In this document: positions 1-8,538 of the stretch, one piece after another
How the letters are laid out: each line of letters opens with the position of its first letter
How positions within the stretch are numbered: the stretch's first letter is position 1
NCBI GenBank assembly: GCA_021158105.1
Contig: JAGGVH010000038.1
Coordinates: 11,387 to 75,386 of the forward strand
Length of the DNA stretch: 64,000 nt
Origin: Candidatus Micrarchaeota archaeon
GTDB taxonomy: Archaea; Micrarchaeota; Micrarchaeia; Anstonellales; JAGGVH01
Reading direction: 5' to 3'
Program-made: the position numbers and the translations under genes
Notes under the pieces: generated by a model
Seen by the model: the letters and a program-made list of their open reading frames with translations, nothing else
What the model was told of the DNA's origin: nothing
The model's database searches: none

Positions 1-1
1 T

Positions 2-493
2 ATCAACGACCCATTAAAATATGTTAAAGATGTTATTAATTCACTGGACATAAACAATAAAACAGTCCTTGATACGTGCATGGGATTGGGATACACTGCA
101 ATAGAAGCTTCAAAAAAAACCAAATCCGTGACAACATGTGAAAAATATAAAAGTGTCTATAATATTGCAAAGGTTAACCCGTGGTCAGAAGAACTTTTTA
201 AAAACAAAAATATTAATGCGATCAATAAAGATGTTATTGAATACCTAAAAAATAATAAAAAATTTGACATTATCATTCATGACCCTCCAACTATAAAATT
301 TTCACCAGAATTGTATTCAAAGGATTTTTATGAATTAGTGAACAATGCATCCCATCCCAAAACAAAGATGTACCATTACTTCGGCGACTTAACAAAAAAA
401 CAAAACATGAATGCATTTGAACACGCAAAAAAAACATTAAACTGGAAAGTCATCAAACAAGGAAGCATGGGAGCAATATTCTTAAATTCTTAA
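2..493 (+). CDS. Class I SAM-dependent methyltransferase (RsmD/Trm-like), 5'-partial; ORF runs off the window start
   Basis: Reading frame is open back to nt 2. Motif I-like VLDTCMGLGYTAIEA and a post-beta4 IIIHDPP motif typical of N6/N2 amino-methyltransferases. Confidence 0.5.
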   Translation: MNDPLKYVKDVINSLDINNKTVLDTCMGLGYTAIEASKKTKSVTTCEKYKSVYNIAKVNPWSEELFKNKNINAINKDVIEYLKNNKKFDIIIHDPPTIKFSPELYSKDFYELVNNASHPKTKMYHYFGDLTKKQNMNAFEHAKKTLNWKVIKQGSMGAIFLNS

Positions 494-495
494 AC

Positions 496-1302
496 TTAGA
501 ACAACTGAGTAGGCAATACCTTTTTAGCTTCATACAGTTGCCGGTCAATCTTTTCAATAAACCTATAATAATTCTTATCCACACCTATCCTAAACTTTGT
601 TCCCACAACAGGTTCAAACTCATATTTCATACAGATGTCTAACAGTTTTCCGATGTAATAATCATTATTCTGTGGTGTGAACACTTCTATGTGTTGTATG
701 CCCATATCCCTAAGTTCTAATAGCATAGATCCATTAAATATTTCTTTGTTTGGGATTATGATAATCATGTTCTGCAACTCAGCAATCTTGTCAATGGTCA
801 AAAGTGAAGATTTTAGTATACTGATGTACCTATGCTTAATCTGGCGTGCAAGTGAACGCAACTGTTGCTTGCTAAGTTCAGGGTTGACCATCTTTGCAAT
901 CATATAAAAATTAGGGTTTTTGTCATAATATATAGAACGAAATATGTGATATTCCTCCTTGTTTGAAAACTCTTTTGGCAATGTTGCAAGCAGATATTTT
1001 AAAGCTGTCAACCTCTGAATATGTAATAACTTCATTAGTTTATCAGCAAATTCTTCAGAAGGATAAACCAAAATATCAAACTCTTTACCTTTCCATAATA
1101 CCCACGTCCTTGCTCCATAAATTATGTTTGCACTTCTATTATTGATGTCTATCTTTGGTATAAGAGTATTGCCAACCATCCCTATCATTGGCAAATTAAA
1201 CCGATCAATAAATGCTTTAACCTCATGCTTCTTAGCATGAGATACTGAAACATGATAATCTCTTATTTTAAATTTGCACATCTTAACCACTCTCATATTC
1301 AA
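496..1302 (-). CDS. Hypothetical protein
   Basis: 268-aa ORF with a 4-nt ATGA overlap to the downstream PHP gene, suggesting an operon. No recognisable motif. Confidence 0.45.
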   Translation of the reverse strand: MNMRVVKMCKFKIRDYHVSVSHAKKHEVKAFIDRFNLPMIGMVGNTLIPKIDINNRSANIIYGARTWVLWKGKEFDILVYPSEEFADKLMKLLHIQRLTALKYLLATLPKEFSNKEEYHIFRSIYYDKNPNFYMIAKMVNPELSKQQLRSLARQIKHRYISILKSSLLTIDKIAELQNMIIIIPNKEIFNGSMLLELRDMGIQHIEVFTPQNNDYYIGKLLDICMKYEFEPVVGTKFRIGVDKNYYRFIEKIDRQLYEAKKVLPTQLF

Positions 1303-2306
1303 CCTATAGCTTCAGCTCGTAAATCTTTTAAGCTCCTTATTATATTAACATATTCATTCTTGTTATTATCGTAATTACCATGAAAATCACTGCCCATTGT
1401 AACTCCAATGCTGTTTTCTTGTGCCAACTCATCCATAAACTTGACGTCCCATGGTCTGCCAAGCATTGAAGGATGTAAAACTTCAATCGCATCAACACCC
1501 ATCTCTGAAAACTGTGCAAATATTTCATATTCAAGTTTAATGTGTGATAATACGGGATGAGCGATTATAATCTTACCGCCTGCATTGTGCACTTTTTGGA
1601 TTAAATCTTCAAGTGGCCACCTCGCCATACCAACAACATGGTTAACCTTGCGTCTTAATACATAGAATAACTCACTTGCAACACCTTCTATGTCCAACGT
1701 CCTCTTTCCAGATCTATTGAATGTGTAAGGAATATGTTTAATCATTCTCAATACTTTATGCGCCTGTGTCCTCGCAATATGCCTTGCAATGTCCCCTATC
1801 AGCATATTAGATGTTTTTCCGGCAACATCAATCTTTCCAATGTTGACCCCATACTTTCTCAGTTCATACCTTAACGCATCAACAATATCTTTCCTTGCAT
1901 TGGCAAGCTTAATCAACCCCCTTATTACTCCTTCATCACTCGGTTCAAACCCCACTGCCAACACATGAGCCCAGTGTTCATTATAATCATTCTCAAGCAT
2001 ATAACTAACAGTGATTTCAACAGAAGGTGTTATTGAAACTCCATCAATATAATTCGTTGTGATCCATGATAACGTTTCATGGTTTGCAAAACCTACCACA
2101 TTGGGTGTGCCACTTAAAAACACCATATCAATAGCTTCTGCCAAGTTTAGATTACTGTCAGCAGAGACGTCTGTGTGTATATGAAAATCTGTATTCAATA
2201 TCTTAGGATTTCTCATACTTTCAACAATAGGTTTAAGATAATCTGTTTTCCTTCTCATTTTTTTCTTCTTTTTGCTTCCACCCACATAACATACACCATT
2301 TCTCAT
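1299..2306 (-). CDS. PHP-family metal-dependent phosphoesterase
   Basis: FHIHTDVSAD, HET, AHP and GSDFHG histidine/aspartate motifs of the polymerase/histidinol-phosphatase fold. The true start may be an internal Met (MRNPKIL). Confidence 0.6.
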   Translation of the reverse strand: MRNGVCYVGGSKKKKKMRRKTDYLKPIVESMRNPKILNTDFHIHTDVSADSNLNLAEAIDMVFLSGTPNVVGFANHETLSWITTNYIDGVSITPSVEITVSYMLENDYNEHWAHVLAVGFEPSDEGVIRGLIKLANARKDIVDALRYELRKYGVNIGKIDVAGKTSNMLIGDIARHIARTQAHKVLRMIKHIPYTFNRSGKRTLDIEGVASELFYVLRRKVNHVVGMARWPLEDLIQKVHNAGGKIIIAHPVLSHIKLEYEIFAQFSEMGVDAIEVLHPSMLGRPWDVKFMDELAQENSIGVTMGSDFHGNYDNNKNEYVNIIRSLKDLRAEAIG

Positions 2307-2473
2307 GTGTATATTTATGGTTTAAAGTGTTTATAAATATTGTGGTTGAACGTGGAAAAAATCAAAAGGTTCAAATATTGTTTTGAACTTAATAGAATCA
2401 TGACACTTAAAAAAACAAAAAAAAGATTGAAAACTAAATTCTCAAAAGTATTGCCCTTTTTTTAATACCGGTT

Positions 2474-2818
2474 ATGGTGCCACCATTGTTTGCTGAACAG
2501 GACAGCATAAAAAATAAGAAAAGATATTATAGGGGTATAGATTACATCATGGAAAATCAAAATGAAAAAGCTTTTGCAATTTCAGATTCGCTTGACAAAG
2601 AAATAAGGTTTGATTTCTTAAAATTATATTATGAAGTAACGTATGTTCAATACATTGAAGGCGACACGACCATTACTGAGATAGATAAAAAAATGTTGGA
2701 AAATATGCTGATATGTGCATGGAAAAGGAGTTATATGATAAAGCAAGAAAAGTGTACAGTTTTCTTGGTGATAAAAAAAGGAAAGAAAGTGTTTAAAAAA
2801 GATTATACAATACATTAA
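2474..2818 (+). CDS. Hypothetical small protein
   Basis: 114-aa ORF in an AT-rich region with no motif. Could be spurious. Confidence 0.25.
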   Translation: MVPPLFAEQDSIKNKKRYYRGIDYIMENQNEKAFAISDSLDKEIRFDFLKLYYEVTYVQYIEGDTTITEIDKKMLENMLICAWKRSYMIKQEKCTVFLVIKKGKKVFKKDYTIH

Positions 2819-3075
2819 TGAAAAATCAGAAAATAGAAATGGTAAAAATAATGAGCCCAGTGGTTCAAGAATTAAAAAATAAAGAAAAGGAGTTCATTAA
2901 AGAAATTCAAAAACCCAAAATAATCAATCTGTCACCAGATAAAAAGATAAGGTTATACTTAAAAGAAGCGATAGATCATAATAAACCTGAAAAGATTCTT
3001 GGTGTATTAGATATTTATCAAAAAACATTGGACTTACAAAATATGTTACTAAAATATGTGCATTTTAGCAACTAA
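2818..3075 (+). CDS. Hypothetical small protein
   Basis: 85-aa Lys-rich ORF whose start overlaps the previous stop (TAATG). Confidence 0.25.
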   Translation: MKNQKIEMVKIMSPVVQELKNKEKEFIKEIQKPKIINLSPDKKIRLYLKEAIDHNKPEKILGVLDIYQKTLDLQNMLLKYVHFSN

Positions 3076-3139
3076 ATTCACCAAAATGCATACATTTTAG
3101 GGGATTAATTAACCAAAATGTGGAAAAGTTTATAAATAT

Positions 3140-4378
3140 TTGCATTTAGATAATATTATGGAAAAACAAATTTTAGAATTTAATGAAATTGCAAAAAAAG
3201 AAGGGAAAAAATACCCAAAAAATAGATTTATTTATGCAGACATTAAAAAAAGATTAGGCAAAAAGATTTTCATAGGTATAATAGGTCCGAGAGGGGTTGG
3301 TAAAACAGTTTTACTTAAGCAGTTTAGTTCATTATTGGATGATTCATTTTACATTTCTTTAGATACAGTTGTCTTAGGAAGACCATTATTTGATGTTGCA
3401 AAAGAATTAGAAAAAAGAGGAATTAATTATTTACTATTAGATGAAGTGCACTTTCTACCAAATTTTGCGAGAGAAATTAAAAAAATTTATGATTTTTTAA
3501 GTATACAAGTAATATTTACTGGTTCTGTTTCAATTTCTCTTTATGATTCTGCATATGATTTGTCCAGAAGAGTTATGGTTTTTCATCTTTATCCTTTTTC
3601 TTTTAGTGAATTTTTATACTTTACTAAGAATATGTCTTTGAAACAAATTGGGCTTTCAGACTTCTTGGATTTAGGAAAATCAAAACAATATTATGGTAAG
3701 GTTATACAGTTTGAACATCTTTTTGATGAATATCTCAAAGGTAATTTATTTCCATTTACTTTAGGAAGCGGTCTTGAAAAATCACTTTTTTCCAATCTTT
3801 TGAATACAATACTCCGCAAGGATTTTATCGGAACTGGGGCAATCAAAACAAATGAACTGGAAGAAGTATGGAAAGTAATAAGATTTATAGGTCTTTCATC
3901 TGTTGATGGTATAAGTTATTCCTCAGTTTCTTCTAATACTGGAATAAATAAATATCGTGTTAAGAAATATATTGGTCTACTTGAGAAATCATTTATTTTA
4001 AATGTTATATGGCCAAGAGGTACAAATGTGACTAAAGAACCAAAGATACTAATGGAACTTCCTTTTCGTTTGTTATATAAAACATTTGACAGTTGTTTAG
4101 GTGAGATTAGAGAGGATTTTTTTGTAGAAGCATCAAAAATGAATGGTTTAAAAATTAATTATTTAAAATCAATACGTGGTGAGAAGGTCCCTGATTATTA
4201 TTTACCAGAAAAAGATATAATATTTGAAATTGGAGGTAAAGGCAAAACAACAAAACAATTTAAGGGTTTTCCCCTAAAAAGAAAATTAATTCTTACACAC
4301 CCAGGTAAAATAGGTGAAAATTACCGTCCCCTATTTATGTATGGGATGTTAGAAAATGAGATTAATAATTTAATATAA
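3140..4378 (+). CDS. AAA-type ATPase (AAA_14/DUF4143-like)
   Basis: Walker A GIIGPRGVGKT and Walker B LLLDEVH, followed by the typical DUF4143-like C-terminal region. Confidence 0.6.
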   Translation: MHLDNIMEKQILEFNEIAKKEGKKYPKNRFIYADIKKRLGKKIFIGIIGPRGVGKTVLLKQFSSLLDDSFYISLDTVVLGRPLFDVAKELEKRGINYLLLDEVHFLPNFAREIKKIYDFLSIQVIFTGSVSISLYDSAYDLSRRVMVFHLYPFSFSEFLYFTKNMSLKQIGLSDFLDLGKSKQYYGKVIQFEHLFDEYLKGNLFPFTLGSGLEKSLFSNLLNTILRKDFIGTGAIKTNELEEVWKVIRFIGLSSVDGISYSSVSSNTGINKYRVKKYIGLLEKSFILNVIWPRGTNVTKEPKILMELPFRLLYKTFDSCLGEIREDFFVEASKMNGLKINYLKSIRGEKVPDYYLPEKDIIFEIGGKGKTTKQFKGFPLKRKLILTHPGKIGENYRPLFMYGMLENEINNLI

Positions 4379-4557
4379 TATTGAAGCGGAGAAGCTCCTT
4401 GCTCTAAAGAACGAGTATGCTTCATCCGTTCAATAGCTGTTAAATTCGGCTTCGGAATTCATCCAACAACTAAACCAGTTGGTTTTCTGCTGAATTTAAC
4501 ATAAACTGCATTTCCTTTTTTTATCAAAGCGTGTAAAACTCACTTAAAAACTTTTAA

Positions 4558-6243
4558 TTATTCTACAAACATATCAATGGGCAACATATCACTGACTACT
4601 CCAAACCTGTTTAATGCCTTTTTAATTGTTGTTATCTCAATCTTTGTAAACGGTCTTTGTAACAGCCACGAGAATACATAAACCATCCCACCGAATAAAA
4701 CCAAAATCCCAAGCAATAATATCGTAACATACTTCACAGGTTGAATGATCACTGAACTGATATGTATAGTTGGAAGAGTTAAGGGAAATATTCTTAACAC
4801 CCATTCTGAAATTGACTCAACATTTGTAAAATATTGTACAAACAACAAGAACAATAACATCAACAGCCCCGATATAAATATTTTGTAAACGCCTCTTGAG
4901 AACCATACACCATAATATTTATGTGAATAATAAATGAACAGTGATTCTGACGAGATAAACGCAAACATTGTAGCGATCGCACCACCCAATAATCCATAGA
5001 CTGGTATAAGAATCACATTAAGAATAAAGTTAGGGATAATTATTCCAAGAGTAACATACATAAAAATCTTGGTTTTGCCCGCCGCCCATAACACACTCCT
5101 AAAAGGTGATGACAAAATCGTAACAAAAAATGTCGGACCCAATATATAAAACAACCAGTATGAGTCAACATACTGAGGAAATGCATACATTAAAATCTGT
5201 TTAGGAAATGTTAAGATTAAAAGCAAGATCGGCAGTGCAAAAAAGATATACCATTTTGTCCCATACTCTGCAATCTTCTTAAAAAGCTTCATATTTTTTT
5301 TACCATAATAATATGCCAACACAGAATTTAACATTCCTGTAAACATTGATGTTATGAACGAACCAATGTTTCTTGCGATCATCCCAACTGAATTATACAT
5401 TGCAACGAATTCTGGTTGCATAAAATAACCAATACACAATGTATCAATCTGTGTAGATATTGACCCAGCACTTGCAGTTATGTATATTGGAATGCCGTAT
5501 GAAAATAAATCAATATATTCTTTCATGCTTATCTTTTTCTTATCGTGCGCCATCTTTCCAATCATTTTAACATAATCATACAACACTACCAGTAGTCCGA
5601 TTATAAACATGGCAAATATACTTATGATATGTGCAAGCAATGCATAGTACGCAGTCTTAAACCCATGAAGTATAAAAAAGGTTAAAAGCAACAGTCGCAA
5701 GCCTGGTGAGATGAAACGCAACGCTGACGACATCACAAACCGTTGTTTTCCATTGATGAACGAAGTGACCACTGCAGACAGTATTGTTAAAAATGAACCG
5801 ATTGCGATCAGAATAATCAAACTGTTCAACTCCTCCTGGCCATACAATGCGACCAGCTGCCCCCTAAAATATAATATGCTTAATGCTATTGCTCCAGAGA
5901 AGATAAACGTTAATGCACCACCCTTTATCAGAAGGTCTTTTAATTTTCCATACTCTTTTCTTCCATAATAATATGCAGTAAACCTGTTGATTGTTGCAGG
6001 AAGACCGAGCGATAAGAATGCACCGATTATCCCAATAAAACTCAAACTTAGAAGGAACAGGCCGGCATCTTCTTTTGTTAAGAACCAGAAGATTAAAAAA
6101 TAAAACAATAACGTTAAAACCTTTGTCAATCCTGTTGATAATATCCCGCTAATACTACCTATACTGATACGTTTGGCAGCTTGTGCAGCTTCAGTTTTAT
6201 TTCCTATACTCTTTGTAATGTGCCTTTCATCCACCGGTTTCAT
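4558..6243 (-). CDS. Polytopic membrane protein, Wzx/MOP-superfamily oligosaccharide flippase-like
   Basis: 561 aa with about 14 predicted hydrophobic helices and a size and architecture typical of polysaccharide biosynthesis/flippase proteins. No diagnostic motif. Confidence 0.45.
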   Translation of the reverse strand: MKPVDERHITKSIGNKTEAAQAAKRISIGSISGILSTGLTKVLTLLFYFLIFWFLTKEDAGLFLLSLSFIGIIGAFLSLGLPATINRFTAYYYGRKEYGKLKDLLIKGGALTFIFSGAIALSILYFRGQLVALYGQEELNSLIILIAIGSFLTILSAVVTSFINGKQRFVMSSALRFISPGLRLLLLTFFILHGFKTAYYALLAHIISIFAMFIIGLLVVLYDYVKMIGKMAHDKKKISMKEYIDLFSYGIPIYITASAGSISTQIDTLCIGYFMQPEFVAMYNSVGMIARNIGSFITSMFTGMLNSVLAYYYGKKNMKLFKKIAEYGTKWYIFFALPILLLILTFPKQILMYAFPQYVDSYWLFYILGPTFFVTILSSPFRSVLWAAGKTKIFMYVTLGIIIPNFILNVILIPVYGLLGGAIATMFAFISSESLFIYYSHKYYGVWFSRGVYKIFISGLLMLLFLLFVQYFTNVESISEWVLRIFPLTLPTIHISSVIIQPVKYVTILLLGILVLFGGMVYVFSWLLQRPFTKIEITTIKKALNRFGVVSDMLPIDMFVE

Positions 6244-6353
6244 AACAATAAAAAAGAAGTTAATGTTTTAAAATCCATTTGTTTTATGAAATACATTAAT
6301 AACAACCAATCTCCCCCAGAAGATTTTTAAATTCTTTCTTTGTTTGAATTATA

Positions 6354-7625
6354 ATGACAAATATAAAGTTTTATTTATTATTTATATTTTCTTTTTTTAT
6401 ACTGATAAACATCTCATCTGCAACCAGTGGGACAACAGTCAACATGTGGTTATACTATGCGATTACAGTCATAATCTCACTACTCCTTGCAGGAATTTAT
6501 TATGCATTGTCACAGGTTGCACAATCTCCACAGGTTGCTGCACAGGCAAAGAACGAGTTCAAATCAGTAATTGGCACAATTATATTAGGAATTATATTGT
6601 ACACTCTAATTTTCGGGACAGATATAACATCTAAAATCATTGGCGGCAGCAGTGATGCAACACTTTGGACTACTGTTCATAACAATGTAGGTTACCAATT
6701 TAACATCTTACAAAAAGGGTTCAGACAATTGCACAGAGGATATTATTTAATAGGCAAGATTGTAGGGTATTCGTACACTGCTACAATTTCATTGCCTTCA
6801 CTTGCAACAAAGTTTGAGTCTGGAATGCCGGGAATAGGATTGAGTACAATCTATGGTCAGTATGGCCAGATTTTCCAAACACTTTCACAAGGCATGCTGT
6901 TCATCATAGGAGAACTTGTCATAATAAAGTTTGCAATATTTGCAGTGCCACTGTTCATATTTCCATTAGGCCTAATCCTCAGATTATTTTCGCCAACACG
7001 AAGATGGGGGTCAACAGTGATTGCATTAGGTATTGGAATGTATTTCATATTACCGTTCAGTGCAGTATTTAACTCGTTGATATACAGGTCATTGGAGGGT
7101 GTTGAACCTGTTGACGGTGCAATTGATGAGATGAATCAGAACATAATGAGCGTTATGCCGATTGATAAACAACCACCGAACAGGTGGCTTATATGTTCAC
7201 CGGTTGTTGTGCCGTTTGCAGCACTCGGTCATTTAGGATTTAGAGCAGCGATAGTATGTGGCCCATTATGTACAATAGAACATGCTGCTGACTTAGGAGC
7301 AGGTTGGTTACCATGTTATATTGGATGCGTTTCTGGGGGAACACCAGAATCTGAATTTTCAGATTTTCTATACTACGTTGCACAACCCGGATATCAATGG
7401 GGATTATCGGGTCCATTAAAGAATTTTATATCAATAAGTGATGCACAGGTTGAACAAATTGGGAAATCAGTGGCGAATGTAATACTTCCAGTCATTTCAT
7501 ACCAATGGATGCTTGCAATGATGTTACCAGTTTTAAATTATATAATAACGATTGGGTTTATACGGTCATTGTCAACCGCTATAGGCGGTGAGGTGTACTT
7601 TTATGGGATTACAAAGATACTTTAA
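6354..7625 (+). CDS. Member A1 of the novel 12-paralog polytopic membrane protein family (N-terminal TM + SPQVAAQAKNE motif; LPxGxxLRxFxxTRxxGG core)
   Basis: N-terminal TM followed by QSPQVAAQAKNEF. Core FPLGLILRLFSPTRRWGSTVIALGIGMYFILPF. C-terminal SLSTAIGGEVYFYGI. An A/T-rich TATA-like element lies about 30 nt upstream. Confidence 0.7.
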   Translation: MTNIKFYLLFIFSFFILINISSATSGTTVNMWLYYAITVIISLLLAGIYYALSQVAQSPQVAAQAKNEFKSVIGTIILGIILYTLIFGTDITSKIIGGSSDATLWTTVHNNVGYQFNILQKGFRQLHRGYYLIGKIVGYSYTATISLPSLATKFESGMPGIGLSTIYGQYGQIFQTLSQGMLFIIGELVIIKFAIFAVPLFIFPLGLILRLFSPTRRWGSTVIALGIGMYFILPFSAVFNSLIYRSLEGVEPVDGAIDEMNQNIMSVMPIDKQPPNRWLICSPVVVPFAALGHLGFRAAIVCGPLCTIEHAADLGAGWLPCYIGCVSGGTPESEFSDFLYYVAQPGYQWGLSGPLKNFISISDAQVEQIGKSVANVILPVISYQWMLAMMLPVLNYIITIGFIRSLSTAIGGEVYFYGITKIL

Positions 7626-8538
7626 GATCACATTACTTGTTGTCATTATGATGATAACAAATACGTTTGCATACAGTTTTAATGATATGAAATCAGACAC
7701 AATTTTATACATGGCGTTTGCAAGCATGCTTTTATTGGTTATACTTACAGGTGCATACATTATCGGAAAAGGATTAAACAATCCGCAACTCGTTGCATGG
7801 GTTAATGTTGAATGGGTGAATATAATCGTTTCAATACTCTTGGGATTGTTTGTTCTTGGGATGTTTTTAGGGATTAATCAGTTTGTTGTTGACAATTATG
7901 GTGATGACATTTACACCACATCATTCAATTATATTGACGGGCTGACTAACGAGGCGTTATCGTTTGCACAGACCGAAACCAAGAGAAGTTTGACTGACCA
8001 GTTTAAGACGACTGCATATGCATTCATCGGCACGCCGATGACTGAATCTGGCGGGTGCGGCAAGTCATACATGGCATATTTTATGGCATCTGCACAGCAC
8101 AGGGACATGGTTGTTGACCTGTTGACAACTGCAGGAATCAGTTTACAACTGCAGAAGTATGTGTTGTACGGTGGGATGTTGGTTGTGATGACGTTTGCCT
8201 TGCCCGTTGGTATAATGTTGCGCATGTTCCCAGGAATACGCAAACTTGGCAATTTCCTGATAGCTGTGGCGTTTGCAGTGGGCATAGTATTCCCGTTAAC
8301 TTATGTAGTCAACAGTGACATGCACAGGAACATATTCAGTTATTCTGGTGGGTCATGCCCTGTAACGACATTGGGAGCTGACGATGAAGTGTTTCCCAAT
8401 GATCCCGCGCATGGGTGTGTACTGTCAAGGATGGCACTGATATTTCCACAGGCGTTCTTTTTCCCGAACATTTCAATGATAATAACCGGTGCATTCGTAG
8501 CAGGACTTATGCAGGCATTGGAGGGGATTAAGGCATGA
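7588..8538 (+). CDS. Family member A2 (likely true start ATG 7603 after GGTGAGGTG)
   Basis: NNPQLVAWVNVEW motif after the first TM. Core LPVGIMLRMFPGIRKLGNFLIAVAFAVGIVFPL. Stop overlaps the next start by 4 nt. Confidence 0.65.
   Translation: MRCTFMGLQRYFKITLLVVIMMITNTFAYSFNDMKSDTILYMAFASMLLLVILTGAYIIGKGLNNPQLVAWVNVEWVNIIVSILLGLFVLGMFLGINQFVVDNYGDDIYTTSFNYIDGLTNEALSFAQTETKRSLTDQFKTTAYAFIGTPMTESGGCGKSYMAYFMASAQHRDMVVDLLTTAGISLQLQKYVLYGGMLVVMTFALPVGIMLRMFPGIRKLGNFLIAVAFAVGIVFPLTYVVNSDMHRNIFSYSGGSCPVTTLGADDEVFPNDPAHGCVLSRMALIFPQAFFFPNISMIITGAFVAGLMQALEGIKA

Noticed and set aside
2307-2473. Inverted repeat GTTCAAATATTGTTTTGAAC upstream of the small ORFs as an origin or ORB element
   Set aside because: It is a single short palindrome in an AT-rich promoter region with no repeated ORB-like boxes. 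It is more likely a promoter or operator, or chance.
4385-4500. tRNA gene in the GC-rich intergenic segment
   Set aside because: No acceptor-stem closure, no GTTCRANYC T-loop and no cloverleaf could be found on either strand.
6344-6634. ORF 6344..6634 and other short alternative-frame ORFs overlapping the family genes (e.g. 6857..7048, 7929..8285, 9030..9264, 10312..10650)
   Set aside because: They lie inside longer ORFs that carry conserved motifs and have no independent support.
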